Source: Bdellovibrionales bacterium
GTDB lineage: Bacteria; Bdellovibrionota; Bdellovibrionia; Bdellovibrionales; JAGQZY01
Length of the DNA stretch: 64,000 bases
Reading direction: 5' to 3'
NCBI GenBank assembly: GCA_965219545.1
Contig: CBDCNX010000022.1
Coordinates: 474-64,473 of the forward strand
Numbering within the stretch: the first letter of the stretch is position 1; each line of letters opens with the position of its first letter. A program made the position numbers and the translations under genes. Below are positions 1 through 10,386 of this stretch, piece after piece. Below the pieces are notes generated by a model. It ran no database searches, was not told the origin of the DNA, and saw nothing but the letters and a program-made list of their open reading frames with translations.

Positions 1-1090
1 TGTTGGAAGAATCATCCGGTCCAGAAAAGATAAAAAGTTGTTGGGTGTGCATTATACGACCTGGAAAACTCATAAAAAATGGTTTGATTCCAGATGGGAA
101 AAAATAGATCAGGATCTTAAAAAGAAATTTCCGGGAAAGGAAGTGGGTGTCTCATCAATGAATGGAAATGAGGATAAATTTATTCTGACTGTGGGCAGTG
201 ATCGGGTTCCCATCAGTTATTATTTTTATGATCTTAAGAGGAAAAAACTGAAAAAGATAGGGGATGCCAAACCCTGGCTTAAAGAAAAAGATCTGGTGGA
301 GATGAAACCCATTGAATACAAATCCAGGGATGGCCTGACCATTCACGGTTATCTGACTTTACCAAAAAATTCTTCCGGGAAAAATCTTCCCCTTGTTGTG
401 AACCCCCACGGAGGACCCTGGATGAGGGATTCATGGGGTTACAGTTCAGAGGCTCAGTTTCTGGCCAACAGAGGCTATGCTGTTTTGCAAATGAATTTCA
501 GGGGTTCTGTGGGTTATGGTAAAAAATTCTGGCAGGCGGGTTTCAAACAATGGGGAAAAGCCATGCAGGATGATATCACAGACGGTGTCAGGTATCTTAT
601 TGATAAGGGGATTGCCGACAAGGACAGGGTCTGCATTTATGGTGTAAGTTATGGAGGTTATGCTGTTCTTGCCGGTTTGGCTTTCACCCCTGATCTCTAT
701 GCCTGCGGGGTGGATCTTGTAGGTGTCTCCAATCTGTTCACGTTTCAGAAGTCCATTCCCCCTTATTGGGAACCTATAAGGAAGATGATATATGAAATGG
801 TTGGGGATCCCAAAAAGGATAAGGATCTTTTAAGGGCGGTTTCTCCTGTGTTTCATGCCGACAAGATCAAAACCCCTCTGTTTGTGGCCCACGGAGCCAA
901 TGATCCAAGGGTGAAAAAAGCGGAACCGGATCAGATTGTTTCCAGCCTTTCCAAGCGTGGAATAAACCCCCTGTATATGGTCAAGTACAATGAGGGTCAC
1001 GGATTCAGACTTAAAGAGAACCAAATGGAGTTTTACGGACTTATGGAAAAATTCCTGGAGGAGCATTTACAGAAATCTGTAAAAAGATAG
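1..1090 (+). CDS. S9 family peptidase (dipeptidyl aminopeptidase/acylaminoacyl peptidase), 5' end outside window
   Basis: PHGGPW, nucleophile GVSYGG, HGANDPRV (Asp) and EGHGF (His) catalytic motifs; frame open back to the window start. Confidence 0.92.
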   Translation, partial: VGRIIRSRKDKKLLGVHYTTWKTHKKWFDSRWEKIDQDLKKKFPGKEVGVSSMNGNEDKFILTVGSDRVPISYYFYDLKRKKLKKIGDAKPWLKEKDLVEMKPIEYKSRDGLTIHGYLTLPKNSSGKNLPLVVNPHGGPWMRDSWGYSSEAQFLANRGYAVLQMNFRGSVGYGKKFWQAGFKQWGKAMQDDITDGVRYLIDKGIADKDRVCIYGVSYGGYAVLAGLAFTPDLYACGVDLVGVSNLFTFQKSIPPYWEPIRKMIYEMVGDPKKDKDLLRAVSPVFHADKIKTPLFVAHGANDPRVKKAEPDQIVSSLSKRGINPLYMVKYNEGHGFRLKENQMEFYGLMEKFLEEHLQKSVKR

Positions 1091-1103
1091 ATGATCATTT
1101 AAA

Positions 1104-1151
1104 TTTATACTACCTTAAAATAGCCTCGTCCTGTGGGCGAGGGTTTGTTGT
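1104..1151 (+). repeat. 48-bp repeat with GC hairpin, copy 1 (copy 2 at 4951-4998)
   Basis: tttatactaccttaaaatagcctcgtcctgtgggcgagggtttgttgt vs tttatactgccttaagatagcctcgttctgtgggcgagggtttgttgt. Confidence 0.85.
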
Positions 1152-1916
1152 ATGAAAGCTATTGATTTTTACCTGATCCGGGGTCTTTCCCGTGAAGCGG
1201 ACCATTGGGGTGATTTTACAGACAATCTTAAAGGAAAGAATTTTGTTGGAAAGGTGATTCCGTTGGATTTTCCCGGGGTGGGATCTTTTTACAATCTAAC
1301 CAGTCCCCTGAGAGTTTCCGAATATGCGGATTTTTTGCTTTCCCAAATGGATGAAAACAATAAAAGAGAAAAAGTGATTTTATCCATTTCCCTTGGTTCC
1401 ATGGTGGCTGTGGAAATGGCCAGGAAGAGAAAAAATTTTTTTCATAGAATTTATCTGATGAATACAAGTTTTTCAGGTCTTTCCCCTTTTTATCATCGGT
1501 TGCAGTGGAAATCCTTTAAGGAATTTTTCAGTATTGTAATGGCCTCAGGTATAAAAAAAAGAGAATGGAATATTCTAAGGCTTGTTTCAAACAGGCCTTC
1601 TCTTTGGCCCTTAATGATTGATTCTTTTGTTGAGACGGCCCGTAAAAGACCCTGTAAAACCGGTAATGTTTTACGCCAGCTCTGGGCGGCTTTTCGTTAT
1701 TCAGTAGATCCCGGTCCTCCGGAGGGAACTTCTTTTGTGGTTTTGAATTCCAGGGGGGATCGCATGGTTGACCCCCGTTGTTCCGAGACCCTTGCCAAAC
1801 ACTGGGGTGTGCCCCTTCACACCCATCCCCGGGCGGGTCATGATTTGCCTCTGGATGCCCCGGAGTGGATTCTTGATATTGTTTCCGGGGAATATGCGGA
1901 TACCCATAGACTTTAA
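1152..1916 (+). CDS. alpha/beta fold hydrolase
   Basis: IRGLSRE oxyanion region, DFPGVG, SISLGSM nucleophile elbow, DRMV and AGHDLPLD. Confidence 0.85.
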   Translation: MKAIDFYLIRGLSREADHWGDFTDNLKGKNFVGKVIPLDFPGVGSFYNLTSPLRVSEYADFLLSQMDENNKREKVILSISLGSMVAVEMARKRKNFFHRIYLMNTSFSGLSPFYHRLQWKSFKEFFSIVMASGIKKREWNILRLVSNRPSLWPLMIDSFVETARKRPCKTGNVLRQLWAAFRYSVDPGPPEGTSFVVLNSRGDRMVDPRCSETLAKHWGVPLHTHPRAGHDLPLDAPEWILDIVSGEYADTHRL

Positions 1917-2031
1917 AGGAAATAAAAAAAGAAACAGATAAGATTAAATGATATGGGAGATATAATCATTCAGACTTTTTTCAGGACCGACTGGAAAATA
2001 AAGTCAGATAAAACTTTTCAGAATCGACTGA

Positions 2032-2979
2032 TTATTCGTCCCCTGGTGTGATTGTGATATAATCCTTGATAAGTGCCAGGGTTTCCGGGTCCAGAGAGGT
2101 GAACAGGGATTCCTGTAAGTTTCCACTGGAGGCCAGGTGATTGATTTCAAGCATCAGATCCCCGGCCCTGGAGACCAGGGACTTTTGGCTCTTTATGAAC
2201 CTGTCCAGGTTTGTCGGTGGGATTCCGGATAGAATCCAATTTTCAAACATTATGCTATACGCTGAGTAACTGCAATATGTGGATCCAACATTCGACTGTA
2301 CGTTCATGAATAAAAAATAATTAAAAACAAAATCATAATCAAAAAAAGAAAGGAGTTGATAATTGTCCTGCCCTGTAACATTAACGGCATTGTTAATGGC
2401 TCTCATTTCTTCTGCCAGTGTTTGCACACTGTCGTGTAGTGTTGTAAAAGCGAAACAGATATCAAAATAGTGATCGTATGTTATTTTATTTGGGTTGAAT
2501 CCTTCAGAGCTTTTGATCCTGTTAAAAAAATCCAGTGCTTTTTCTCCATTTTCTATAATTCCGGAAACTCTGGAAGAAAGGGTTTCTATAAATTTCCCTG
2601 TATTGATTTCCACAACCCTGCTTTTATTGAGTTCCGGAGGCGGCATAATATTTTGACCGTCAGTCGGTGGTTCATCAGACAGCATACTCTCTTTCATTGC
2701 ATCGGTGATCCTTTGGATTTCATCTGGAGTGAGAACAACATTCCCGGCACCATCCAGTTTTGGAATCCCTTCTTCCATCTTTTCCCCAAGGTTGTCGAGG
2801 TAGTTGTCAACAAATTTATCAGGTGGTCTGGTTTGTTGTGCCTTGGGGGGAACAGCCTGTTCACCATCCTCTCCGGTTCCGAAAACATTAAAGGCCATTA
2901 CTGAAGAGCCAATGGAAAAAATTAAAATTTTATAAAAACAATGCATTACAGGTCCACCTTTTTCACGGGTTTTTATCAT
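2032..2979 (-). CDS. hypothetical exported protein
   Basis: 315-aa ORF with a signal-peptide-like N-terminus, coupled to the upstream S41 protease gene. Confidence 0.6.
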   Translation of the reverse strand: MIKTREKGGPVMHCFYKILIFSIGSSVMAFNVFGTGEDGEQAVPPKAQQTRPPDKFVDNYLDNLGEKMEEGIPKLDGAGNVVLTPDEIQRITDAMKESMLSDEPPTDGQNIMPPPELNKSRVVEINTGKFIETLSSRVSGIIENGEKALDFFNRIKSSEGFNPNKITYDHYFDICFAFTTLHDSVQTLAEEMRAINNAVNVTGQDNYQLLSFFDYDFVFNYFLFMNVQSNVGSTYCSYSAYSIMFENWILSGIPPTNLDRFIKSQKSLVSRAGDLMLEINHLASSGNLQESLFTSLDPETLALIKDYITITPGDE

Positions 2980-4902
2980 TCTTTTGTCCCCTTCACCTCA
3001 ATATAGGGATTTGTGGCCAGATTGTAGAGTTCTGAATGCCTTTTATAGAATGTCTTTACAGGTGAACACATCAGGACATCTTTTGCCAGTTCAAGCTGAT
3101 AGTCTCCCACAAAAGGACGTTTGTATCTTTCATCAGTCTTTATTTTATGCCTGAAGCCAGAACCCATTTTACTCTCTCCGTGAATACAGGTGGTCAGTTC
3201 AGCCACCTCATCAGGACGGTTTTGCATCCATTGATTGTTTTCAATATGGATACTGTTGTCGTAAAATAAATTTTCCATGGAAACAAATTCGGAGGGGTCT
3301 TCCATTTCAATGGGTTCTCCCAAGGGGGAAAAACGAAAGTCGGGTATAATTCCAAAATTCTGGGGTGATCTTCCACTGTTAAGAACATAAATAGCTATGG
3401 TCGATTTGGAGATTAATTTACTGAAAGTCTGACCGCCAAAGGAAAAGGGGGCAGTAGCCTGCACACTTCCTTTGCCAAGGGTTCTGTCGCCAACCACCCA
3501 GCCTCGTTTCATATCCTGTATGGTTCCGGCAAAAATTTCAGAGGCACTGACAGACATCCTGTTGACGAGAACAATAATAGGTTTGTTATAGGACATGGGC
3601 AGGGGGCCGGAGGCGGTATTTATAGTGATGATCCCCTTATCTGTAAAATGAATGTCGGTGGATTCACCGGGAATCATTTTACCCTGTTTAACAGGTAGAC
3701 TTTGAACCATTATATCATTTCCACCGATGATGGTGTTTAACATACAGGCCTACAGTGAACAGGGGGCCTCCCACATTATTACGAAGATCAATAATCATTC
3801 CAAAGCTTCTTTCATTTTCCAGATCCCTTTGCTGTAAATTCACAAACTCCCGGCACAGGCGGTAAGTTTCATTAAGTCCCCCTTCAACCATGAAGGATTT
3901 TAAGGGGACGTACAAAGCCTGGGGACCTCCATTATCCACAGGCTCTTTGCATCCCGGGGATTCCTGTTGACGGAGGTTTACAAAGCGGCTGTTTTTTATC
4001 CAATCCGTGCCGGGGGAAGTGATTGGTTTACGGGTGACAAACACATTTTTTTCTTTGTGATTGTGGTTGTCACAAAAACTGAGAACACTCAGTTTCATCT
4101 GGGTGTCTTCAGGCCCCCTGATGGCTTTTACCACATCCTCTATGGACTTCCCCTTCACAGGGACATCATCGACAGTCACAACAAGGTCCCCTGTTTTCAA
4201 ACCGGAAAGTTGGGCCGACGACCCGTCAAAAGGATCTATGGCCAGGAGTCCGTTGAACTTTTCGTGGCTTGTCTGATAAAACCCAATGGCCATTCCCACT
4301 CCAAAATACTTCTGAGGTTTGTTCCCCAGCAGGGCCGGAGGAAGGAGTCCGGCATGGGGGTCAAGGGCCTCTTTCAGATACTTGTTGTGACTCATTCCCA
4401 GATAATAGGGTTGATCCGGTTCCGGAATATGGTTTTCAACAAATTCATAGACCTTTTCCAAAAGAGCATCAAGCCGTCCCATGTGTTGTGGTTGGGGTTG
4501 CTCTGTCCATCCCAATTGGCGGGTGAATTCACGGAAGGATTCCCTGCGTTTTTTTTCGGAATCCAGAGCCTCTTTTTGACTTTTTATCTCACTTTTTTCA
4601 GGAAAAGGGACAATTTCCAGTTCATTGGGATCGGAAACCAGCAGTTGATGGGGGTTGTCCTCATGTGATTCCAGAAGATAATGAAAGGCCATCAGACAAC
4701 TGGCAAAGGACACCTCGGATTTATAACAAAGATCCCTGTTGAGTTTGTCAAATAAATCCAGATTAAACCCCGAATCTCTCCACAGTTGTTTTGTTTCATC
4801 ATCAGTCCATCCTCCCAGTGAATGTTGAAATGAAAAAACAAAAACAACAAGAAAGAAAAAGACCCGACTCAATGGAACATCCCCCGTGACGTTGATCCGC
4901 AT
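2976..4902 (-). CDS. S41 carboxyl-terminal protease (CtpA/Prc-like) with PDZ domain, one frameshift near 3745
   Basis: ORF 3715-4902 has signal peptide, PDZ (FGVGM...GLKTGD) and IIDLRNNVGG; ORF 2976-3743 continues with SVSASEIFAG...GDRTLGKGSVQ (Ser/Lys dyad). Confidence 0.85.
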
Positions 4903-4950
4903 TATTGCTCCTCTTTCTGGTTTTTATTTACAATCAAAAAACCGTTTGGT

Positions 4951-4998
4951 TTTATACTGCCTTAAGATAGCCTCGTTCTGTGGGCGAGGGTTTGTTGT
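4951..4998 (+). repeat. 48-bp repeat with GC hairpin, copy 2
   Basis: direct repeat of 1104-1151 with 3 mismatches. Confidence 0.85.
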
Positions 4999-5213
4999 GT
5001 TTCATTTGGTTTTCAGGTATTTCAAAAAGAAAACCTGAAACTTTATACAGTTAAAAACATGGATTGTAAAGATATATTTATATTTAAATTTTGGAAAAGT
5101 AAAGTAAAAAAATCATGTGGTTTTTTCAATGCTGTTCCTCTTTTTCCGATTTATGGAATGAATAATCTTTAAGATATTGTAAGAAAGACAGGGTTGTAGT
5201 AGTCTGTAAGATC

Positions 5214-5408
5214 ATGGGTCGTGAGAAGCGAGGTGGTTATTTAATAGAATGGTGGATTGGAGACCATAGCCCCAAGCATATTCATGTTTATCGTAATGGA
5301 AAGGAAGTGGCGAAAATTATAATTCCGGGCATGAGGCTTTTAAGTGGTAAAATGAACAGAAAGTTAAAGAAAATAATTCAGGAGCTTTTGGAGGAAGGTA
5401 AAATATGA
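5214..5408 (+). CDS. DUF4160-like small toxin
   Basis: DHSPKHIHV motif, 64 aa, ATGA overlap with the next gene. Confidence 0.75.
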   Translation: MGREKRGGYLIEWWIGDHSPKHIHVYRNGKEVAKIIIPGMRLLSGKMNRKLKKIIQELLEEGKI

Positions 5409-5866
5409 AAAGTACAAAATTCAAATCTGTGGGATTCTCAAATAAAGCCAAAGAGATTAAAATGGAATACACTTCCGGCCAAAAAATTGTTGTTCATTAC
5501 AGTTCTTTTGGTATTAAAAAAAATATCAGGTCTGTCTGGGTGGATAAAGAAACAGGAGGGAGAAGTGTGGGGGTTGAGTTTCTAAATGGGAATGTGGATT
5601 ATATACCTTACGACCAACCCCTTTATCTTGTAAAAGATCCGGAATACCTGTTGCAGAATCATATTGAAAATGTGGTTGCTCATATCAATGAGGTGATTCT
5701 CCAAAAACGGATTTCCAGGAAATTTTTGGCCAGGCAACTTGAAATTTCCAATAACCAGATACAGAGGCTTTTAAATCCAAGGATTCTAAATAAAAATCTG
5801 AGACAACTCTATAAATTGGGTGCTTTTCTGAATTTGGAGTTTAAATTGGAACTTGAGGCGGCATAG
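5405..5866 (+). CDS. putative antitoxin with C-terminal XRE-type HTH
   Basis: ISRKFLARQLEISNNQIQRLLN helix-turn-helix; coupled to the DUF4160-like gene. Confidence 0.65.
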   Translation: MKSTKFKSVGFSNKAKEIKMEYTSGQKIVVHYSSFGIKKNIRSVWVDKETGGRSVGVEFLNGNVDYIPYDQPLYLVKDPEYLLQNHIENVVAHINEVILQKRISRKFLARQLEISNNQIQRLLNPRILNKNLRQLYKLGAFLNLEFKLELEAA

Positions 5867-5897
5867 TTTTAAAGGATGCGTACAATTTCAGGACAGC

Positions 5898-7301
5898 CTA
5901 AAGGGATCTCCAGCTTTGTCCCAGGTCGGGGGTTTGAAACTGAAGGTATCTGTTGTTTCCAACCCTTAAAGAGAGAGTGATCTTTTTGTGGTCATTGAAA
6001 TGGGGTTCAATGTTGAGGATCTCAATGGGGCCTCTTGCGTTTCTGGCCTTTGCCGGAAAATTGTCAAAAACCCTGTCCCAGCGAATGAAGTGATGGAAAG
6101 ATTCACCCTGGTCAAAACTCACCTTATCTCCGATAAACAAAATTCCGTTGGCGGCTATTTTAATGGGCAGACCGGTTTTAAAATCCCTGAGGGGATACCA
6201 GCTTTTTCCGTCAAAGCTGCGGTAAATACCATGGGTTGTGGAGGCAAAAAACAGACCCGGAATCACAGGGCTTTTTTCTATTTGGTAAATATCTGATTTT
6301 TTCAGCAAAGTCAGTTTGGGGCCAAAACTTTCAATGACCTCAACATTGGACTCAATGGTGCTTTCAGGCCACCAGAGGTCCCCCCATCCCGGAATCCGGC
6401 TCTGTCCCCAGCGTTTTATGGAATAACCCTTTAAGGTCATGGGTTGCCAGGGGTCAAGGACCGTCACTGTTTTTGAACCCCTGTCCGGTTTTGATTTGAG
6501 TTCCAGGGAGTAGGCTCCCGTACTCACCCGGAGGGGGTTTTCAAAGATCTCCACAATTTTTTGTTTGTAAAGAGCCGGATGGGGTTTGAAATAACCCCTG
6601 TCGGTTTTGACTTTTAAAGCCATATCCAAACGGGTTCGTAAATTTCTAAAAGGAATGTAACCCTTGTGGCCCGCAAAATTCACCAAAGCCCAATCCCCTT
6701 TGGCGTGAATGGGGATTATGGGCAGTCCCGGATCAATGGAGGTGATGATTTTTGCTTTGGCTTTTGGTTGTTTTCTCAACCGGGTTTTGATTGTCGAGAA
6801 AAAATAGCCTCCGTCTTTTGAGTAGGGTTTCAGGTGTCTGGATTCAACCCATCCGTAAAATTTTTTATTTTTTTCTTTAAAAATGATTTTGTACCAATTA
6901 CGGTGTCGACTCACCAAGGTGACAATTTGTGAACGTGGAAGTTTTTTTTGATTCATTTCATAATGATGGGGTTTGGAGTAAATAGCCTGACCTTTAACCA
7001 GAACAGCCTGTCTGGAAAAATCCAGGGGAAGCAGGGCGGCTGATTTGAGGATCCAGCCCTTTTGTCCCCTGGAGTTACGGATCCAGAGCCACTCAAATTG
7101 ATCGTAATTGATAGCCTGTTGTTTGAGGGATTGGATGTCAAAATGCCCTGTGGGTATGGTTCCGTTGGGTTTCAGGTACACGGGTCTTGAGTCTGTAACC
7201 CTGGGGTTTACAACTCCGGGGTTTTTTGCCATCAGGATTGAGGAAAAAAGAAGACTTAGAATGCTGGCTAGGACATAAGTCATAGAAATATTCTGGTCCA
7301 T
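5898..7301 (-). CDS. secreted protein with multiple bacterial SH3-like domains and C-terminal BNR/Asp-box repeats
   Basis: signal peptide; repeated W..i......GW/GY SH3b patterns; RSFDGKSW, SFDQGESF, TPDLGQSW Asp-boxes. Confidence 0.6.
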   Translation of the reverse strand: MDQNISMTYVLASILSLLFSSILMAKNPGVVNPRVTDSRPVYLKPNGTIPTGHFDIQSLKQQAINYDQFEWLWIRNSRGQKGWILKSAALLPLDFSRQAVLVKGQAIYSKPHHYEMNQKKLPRSQIVTLVSRHRNWYKIIFKEKNKKFYGWVESRHLKPYSKDGGYFFSTIKTRLRKQPKAKAKIITSIDPGLPIIPIHAKGDWALVNFAGHKGYIPFRNLRTRLDMALKVKTDRGYFKPHPALYKQKIVEIFENPLRVSTGAYSLELKSKPDRGSKTVTVLDPWQPMTLKGYSIKRWGQSRIPGWGDLWWPESTIESNVEVIESFGPKLTLLKKSDIYQIEKSPVIPGLFFASTTHGIYRSFDGKSWYPLRDFKTGLPIKIAANGILFIGDKVSFDQGESFHHFIRWDRVFDNFPAKARNARGPIEILNIEPHFNDHKKITLSLRVGNNRYLQFQTPDLGQSWRSL

Positions 7302-7686
7302 CTTTTCTCCGGCCTCAAGGCCAGTTTTTCAATACTGTACAATTTCCCCTCATATTGGTACATATTCTGCACGGTTATGGATAAGATTATTTCCAGTTCC
7401 CTTTGATCGTGTTTGAATTTTCACAAAATTTATTTGAAAAGATCATTTATTCCAAGCTGAGGTTTCCCAAAAACAATGGGCATATTTTAATAGAATTTAA
7501 CTTAAAAACAATTGTAAAAAATTCAAAATAAATAAGTGGGCTTGATAAAAAGAAGTGCATCTGGATAATGGTCTTTTAGGAACAGACAATTTTTAATATA
7601 AAGTCATTTTGACTTTGGAAATTGTCCAATTTTTCTCAGTCTGACAAACAGAATTTGTCACTGTGACTGTTTAACAGGAGAGATTC

Positions 7687-10242
7687 ATGATTCAATTTTC
7701 CAGACAACTGTTGGTATTGATGGTTGTTCCCTGTTTTTCCCTGTTGATGGGTTGCAGTTCCGATGACGGGGGTCATGGTTCCGGTTTTGTAAAATTGGAC
7801 GGGGTTTTTGTCGCCGAATCACACAGTGAATATGTCAAAATGGTCTCCATTAAAACAAATCATAAGGAAGTGGGGACTTTTGCCATTATTTGTCACCAGA
7901 TTCCCATGATTGATTTCAAAGTGGGTCTCCAGACCAACCTCATGATCAGTCATACCGGGGGGGTCATAGAAGGTGCAACTTCTTTGCCAGTGGGTTCTGA
8001 TATATCCGGTGGAATCACTTTTAGCGGTCATTATGTTTCAAGTATTGATTTTATTATTGAGAGTTCAAATCGATTAAAATATGTGGTGAAAACCTGGAAA
8101 GACGAAGCAAATTACTATAATAAAGCACCTATCAGTATGATGAGCGGGTATTTGGTCAAAAAAGACTCGCCGGGGGTTTTGTCTTTTTTTGAAAAGGAAG
8201 TAAAAAGTCTCAGTCAACGAAATGTCGGTTATGCCCTGGGTGTTGTGGATCAGGAAATCCATATCCATGAGGAAAAACAAAAACTTGATGAGTCCTACTG
8301 TCAGAGTCATTTTTTAAACAGTTGTTCGGAGCTTGTGAAACTGGGACTTTTGACCACAAATACAGGAGGTTTGAACAAACCCATTTCAAATTCTCCGGTC
8401 ATTCCCAATTCCGGTTCAATACCTGGTTCTCCTTTGGGAGGAACCCCCCAGGTCTATCCGGGAAACTCCAATAAACAACAAAAGGATCCATCAGAAATTC
8501 AACAACCCCCTTTACTGAAAAAAGAGTGGAAAATGATTATTGATCCTCCCGGTTCTCCCGATGAAAAACCCTATCCCTATATAAAAATTGAAAAAGAAGT
8601 TGATATTAAAACCTTTGTTGATAATGCGACAATCCAATGTGAAAATGAAGACGACTGTTCTGAAAGTGTGGCCCTCCTTATAGGCTACGATCAGTCTTCT
8701 GTTTTTCAGTGTTCGGCAACACATATTGGCAACGGTTATTTCACCTCCAATGCCCACTGTGTTCCCTCCAATCTGGTATTTGAATCAACATTATCCTTTA
8801 GTAAAAACTGTTCCGGGTCTCTTTGGGTCAAATTTCCAAAAACCTCTGTTTCAGAACCTGCGACCTATGAATGTGAAGAGTTGGTTATGGTAACTCTCGC
8901 AAATAAGAACCCTGCTTCAGAGGATACATTTTCAGAGGAGACAATGGATATGACGATTTTTAAGGTCAAAGGGGAGGTCAACCGTGAGTACCTGGAGATC
9001 AACTGGGATGATCAATCTGTTGATGGGGAGCTTGTCACTTTCTGGCCCTCTGATCCCGATCAAAGCCAACCGGGAATTCATGGAGTGATAAGAAAAAAAA
9101 CCTGTGAGGTTTCAGATAAAAGAGAGCTTTCTGAAATCCTTGAATCTTTTGGATGGGGCTATCCCATATCCTATTTACGAAATTGCAGCCTCGATATCAT
9201 AAAAGGAAACTCCGGATCCACAGCAATGAACGACAATCATAAAGGAACCCTTGTCATCAGTCATACATACGGCAGGGGAACCGGTCGGGGTTTTGGTTCC
9301 AATTACATTTGCTCTTACAATAAACCGGAAAACGAAGAGATGGTTGATAAATCCACGGATCATTGTTCCTGGATTTCCGATGAGCATAGGGGTTTACTGA
9401 AAGAAAAAATAAAACAGATGTTGGCGGTAGAGAGGGATAGGGAATGGCGTAAACAAAATAATGAGGTTGAGAGTTTCCTGCGTACCCTTTACAAAGTTCA
9501 GGATGATTTCTATAAGAACAATGAAGAAAACAGGGAAAGAATTTATGAGGAATTCTTCAATGAGTCTTATTATGATTTGGCTGAAGGTCATGTGTCCAGT
9601 GAGGATATTGAAAATTTAAAAAAATATTTAAAGAACTTCGATAATACAGGATATTATACCAATGTTGTGGGATTTGAATATGGGCTTACCACTATCGATG
9701 GAGTGTATTTTGAAGAAGGGCTGTCATCGGATTTTGAACCCATAGAGTTAACAACTTCCAATGGAAGTAAACACAGGGTTGAAAACCCTGGTTCACGAAC
9801 AGGATTAAAGGTGGAGTATGTGACTCTTCCCTCCTGTATAGGTTCTTTAAGTGAAGAGACTTTGGAATCTTATCGAAGTGATAACACCTGGAACCCCTTT
9901 GATTCTGTAGCCTATCATCCCATAAAAATCCGGTTTCCTATAGTTATGGTCAGACAGGCCCGCTGGGAAAACAGCCCCAGGGATTTAAATTGGAATGAGC
10001 TTGAAAAGCTGCATCTTGAATTTAAAGACAACAGACAAATTCCTGTCAGCACGGTTTTTGAAATTGAACTCTCAGACTTTTATGACTCTGAAAATGACCG
10101 GATAAAAACCCCCACTGTCACGATCACTGAAATCAATCCAGGTAATACCAATTCCACGGAATCGGATTCCAAAAATCTTAAAGATTTTAAGTTTTACGGA
10201 GGAGTGAAAGAAAAATTACAATCCCTGGATTTTTGTCAATAG
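7687..10242 (+). CDS. large lipoprotein with trypsin-like (S1) serine protease domain
   Basis: lipobox LLMGC; CSATHIG...TSNAHCV (His), DMTIFKV (Asp), GNSGS (Ser). Confidence 0.8.
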   Translation: MIQFSRQLLVLMVVPCFSLLMGCSSDDGGHGSGFVKLDGVFVAESHSEYVKMVSIKTNHKEVGTFAIICHQIPMIDFKVGLQTNLMISHTGGVIEGATSLPVGSDISGGITFSGHYVSSIDFIIESSNRLKYVVKTWKDEANYYNKAPISMMSGYLVKKDSPGVLSFFEKEVKSLSQRNVGYALGVVDQEIHIHEEKQKLDESYCQSHFLNSCSELVKLGLLTTNTGGLNKPISNSPVIPNSGSIPGSPLGGTPQVYPGNSNKQQKDPSEIQQPPLLKKEWKMIIDPPGSPDEKPYPYIKIEKEVDIKTFVDNATIQCENEDDCSESVALLIGYDQSSVFQCSATHIGNGYFTSNAHCVPSNLVFESTLSFSKNCSGSLWVKFPKTSVSEPATYECEELVMVTLANKNPASEDTFSEETMDMTIFKVKGEVNREYLEINWDDQSVDGELVTFWPSDPDQSQPGIHGVIRKKTCEVSDKRELSEILESFGWGYPISYLRNCSLDIIKGNSGSTAMNDNHKGTLVISHTYGRGTGRGFGSNYICSYNKPENEEMVDKSTDHCSWISDEHRGLLKEKIKQMLAVERDREWRKQNNEVESFLRTLYKVQDDFYKNNEENRERIYEEFFNESYYDLAEGHVSSEDIENLKKYLKNFDNTGYYTNVVGFEYGLTTIDGVYFEEGLSSDFEPIELTTSNGSKHRVENPGSRTGLKVEYVTLPSCIGSLSEETLESYRSDNTWNPFDSVAYHPIKIRFPIVMVRQARWENSPRDLNWNELEKLHLEFKDNRQIPVSTVFEIELSDFYDSENDRIKTPTVTITEINPGNTNSTESDSKNLKDFKFYGGVKEKLQSLDFCQ

Positions 10243-10386
10243 TTTGATTTATTTATTTCAGGTCTCAAGACCGATTTTTCCCTTAAAATCCAAAACTTGT
10301 TCAAACTTTTTCGGGATCGGCAAAAAAAGAAATTTCAAAATACGATCAGTATACCCGGTTGAGTAAACTTTAAATTTTTTCCACCT

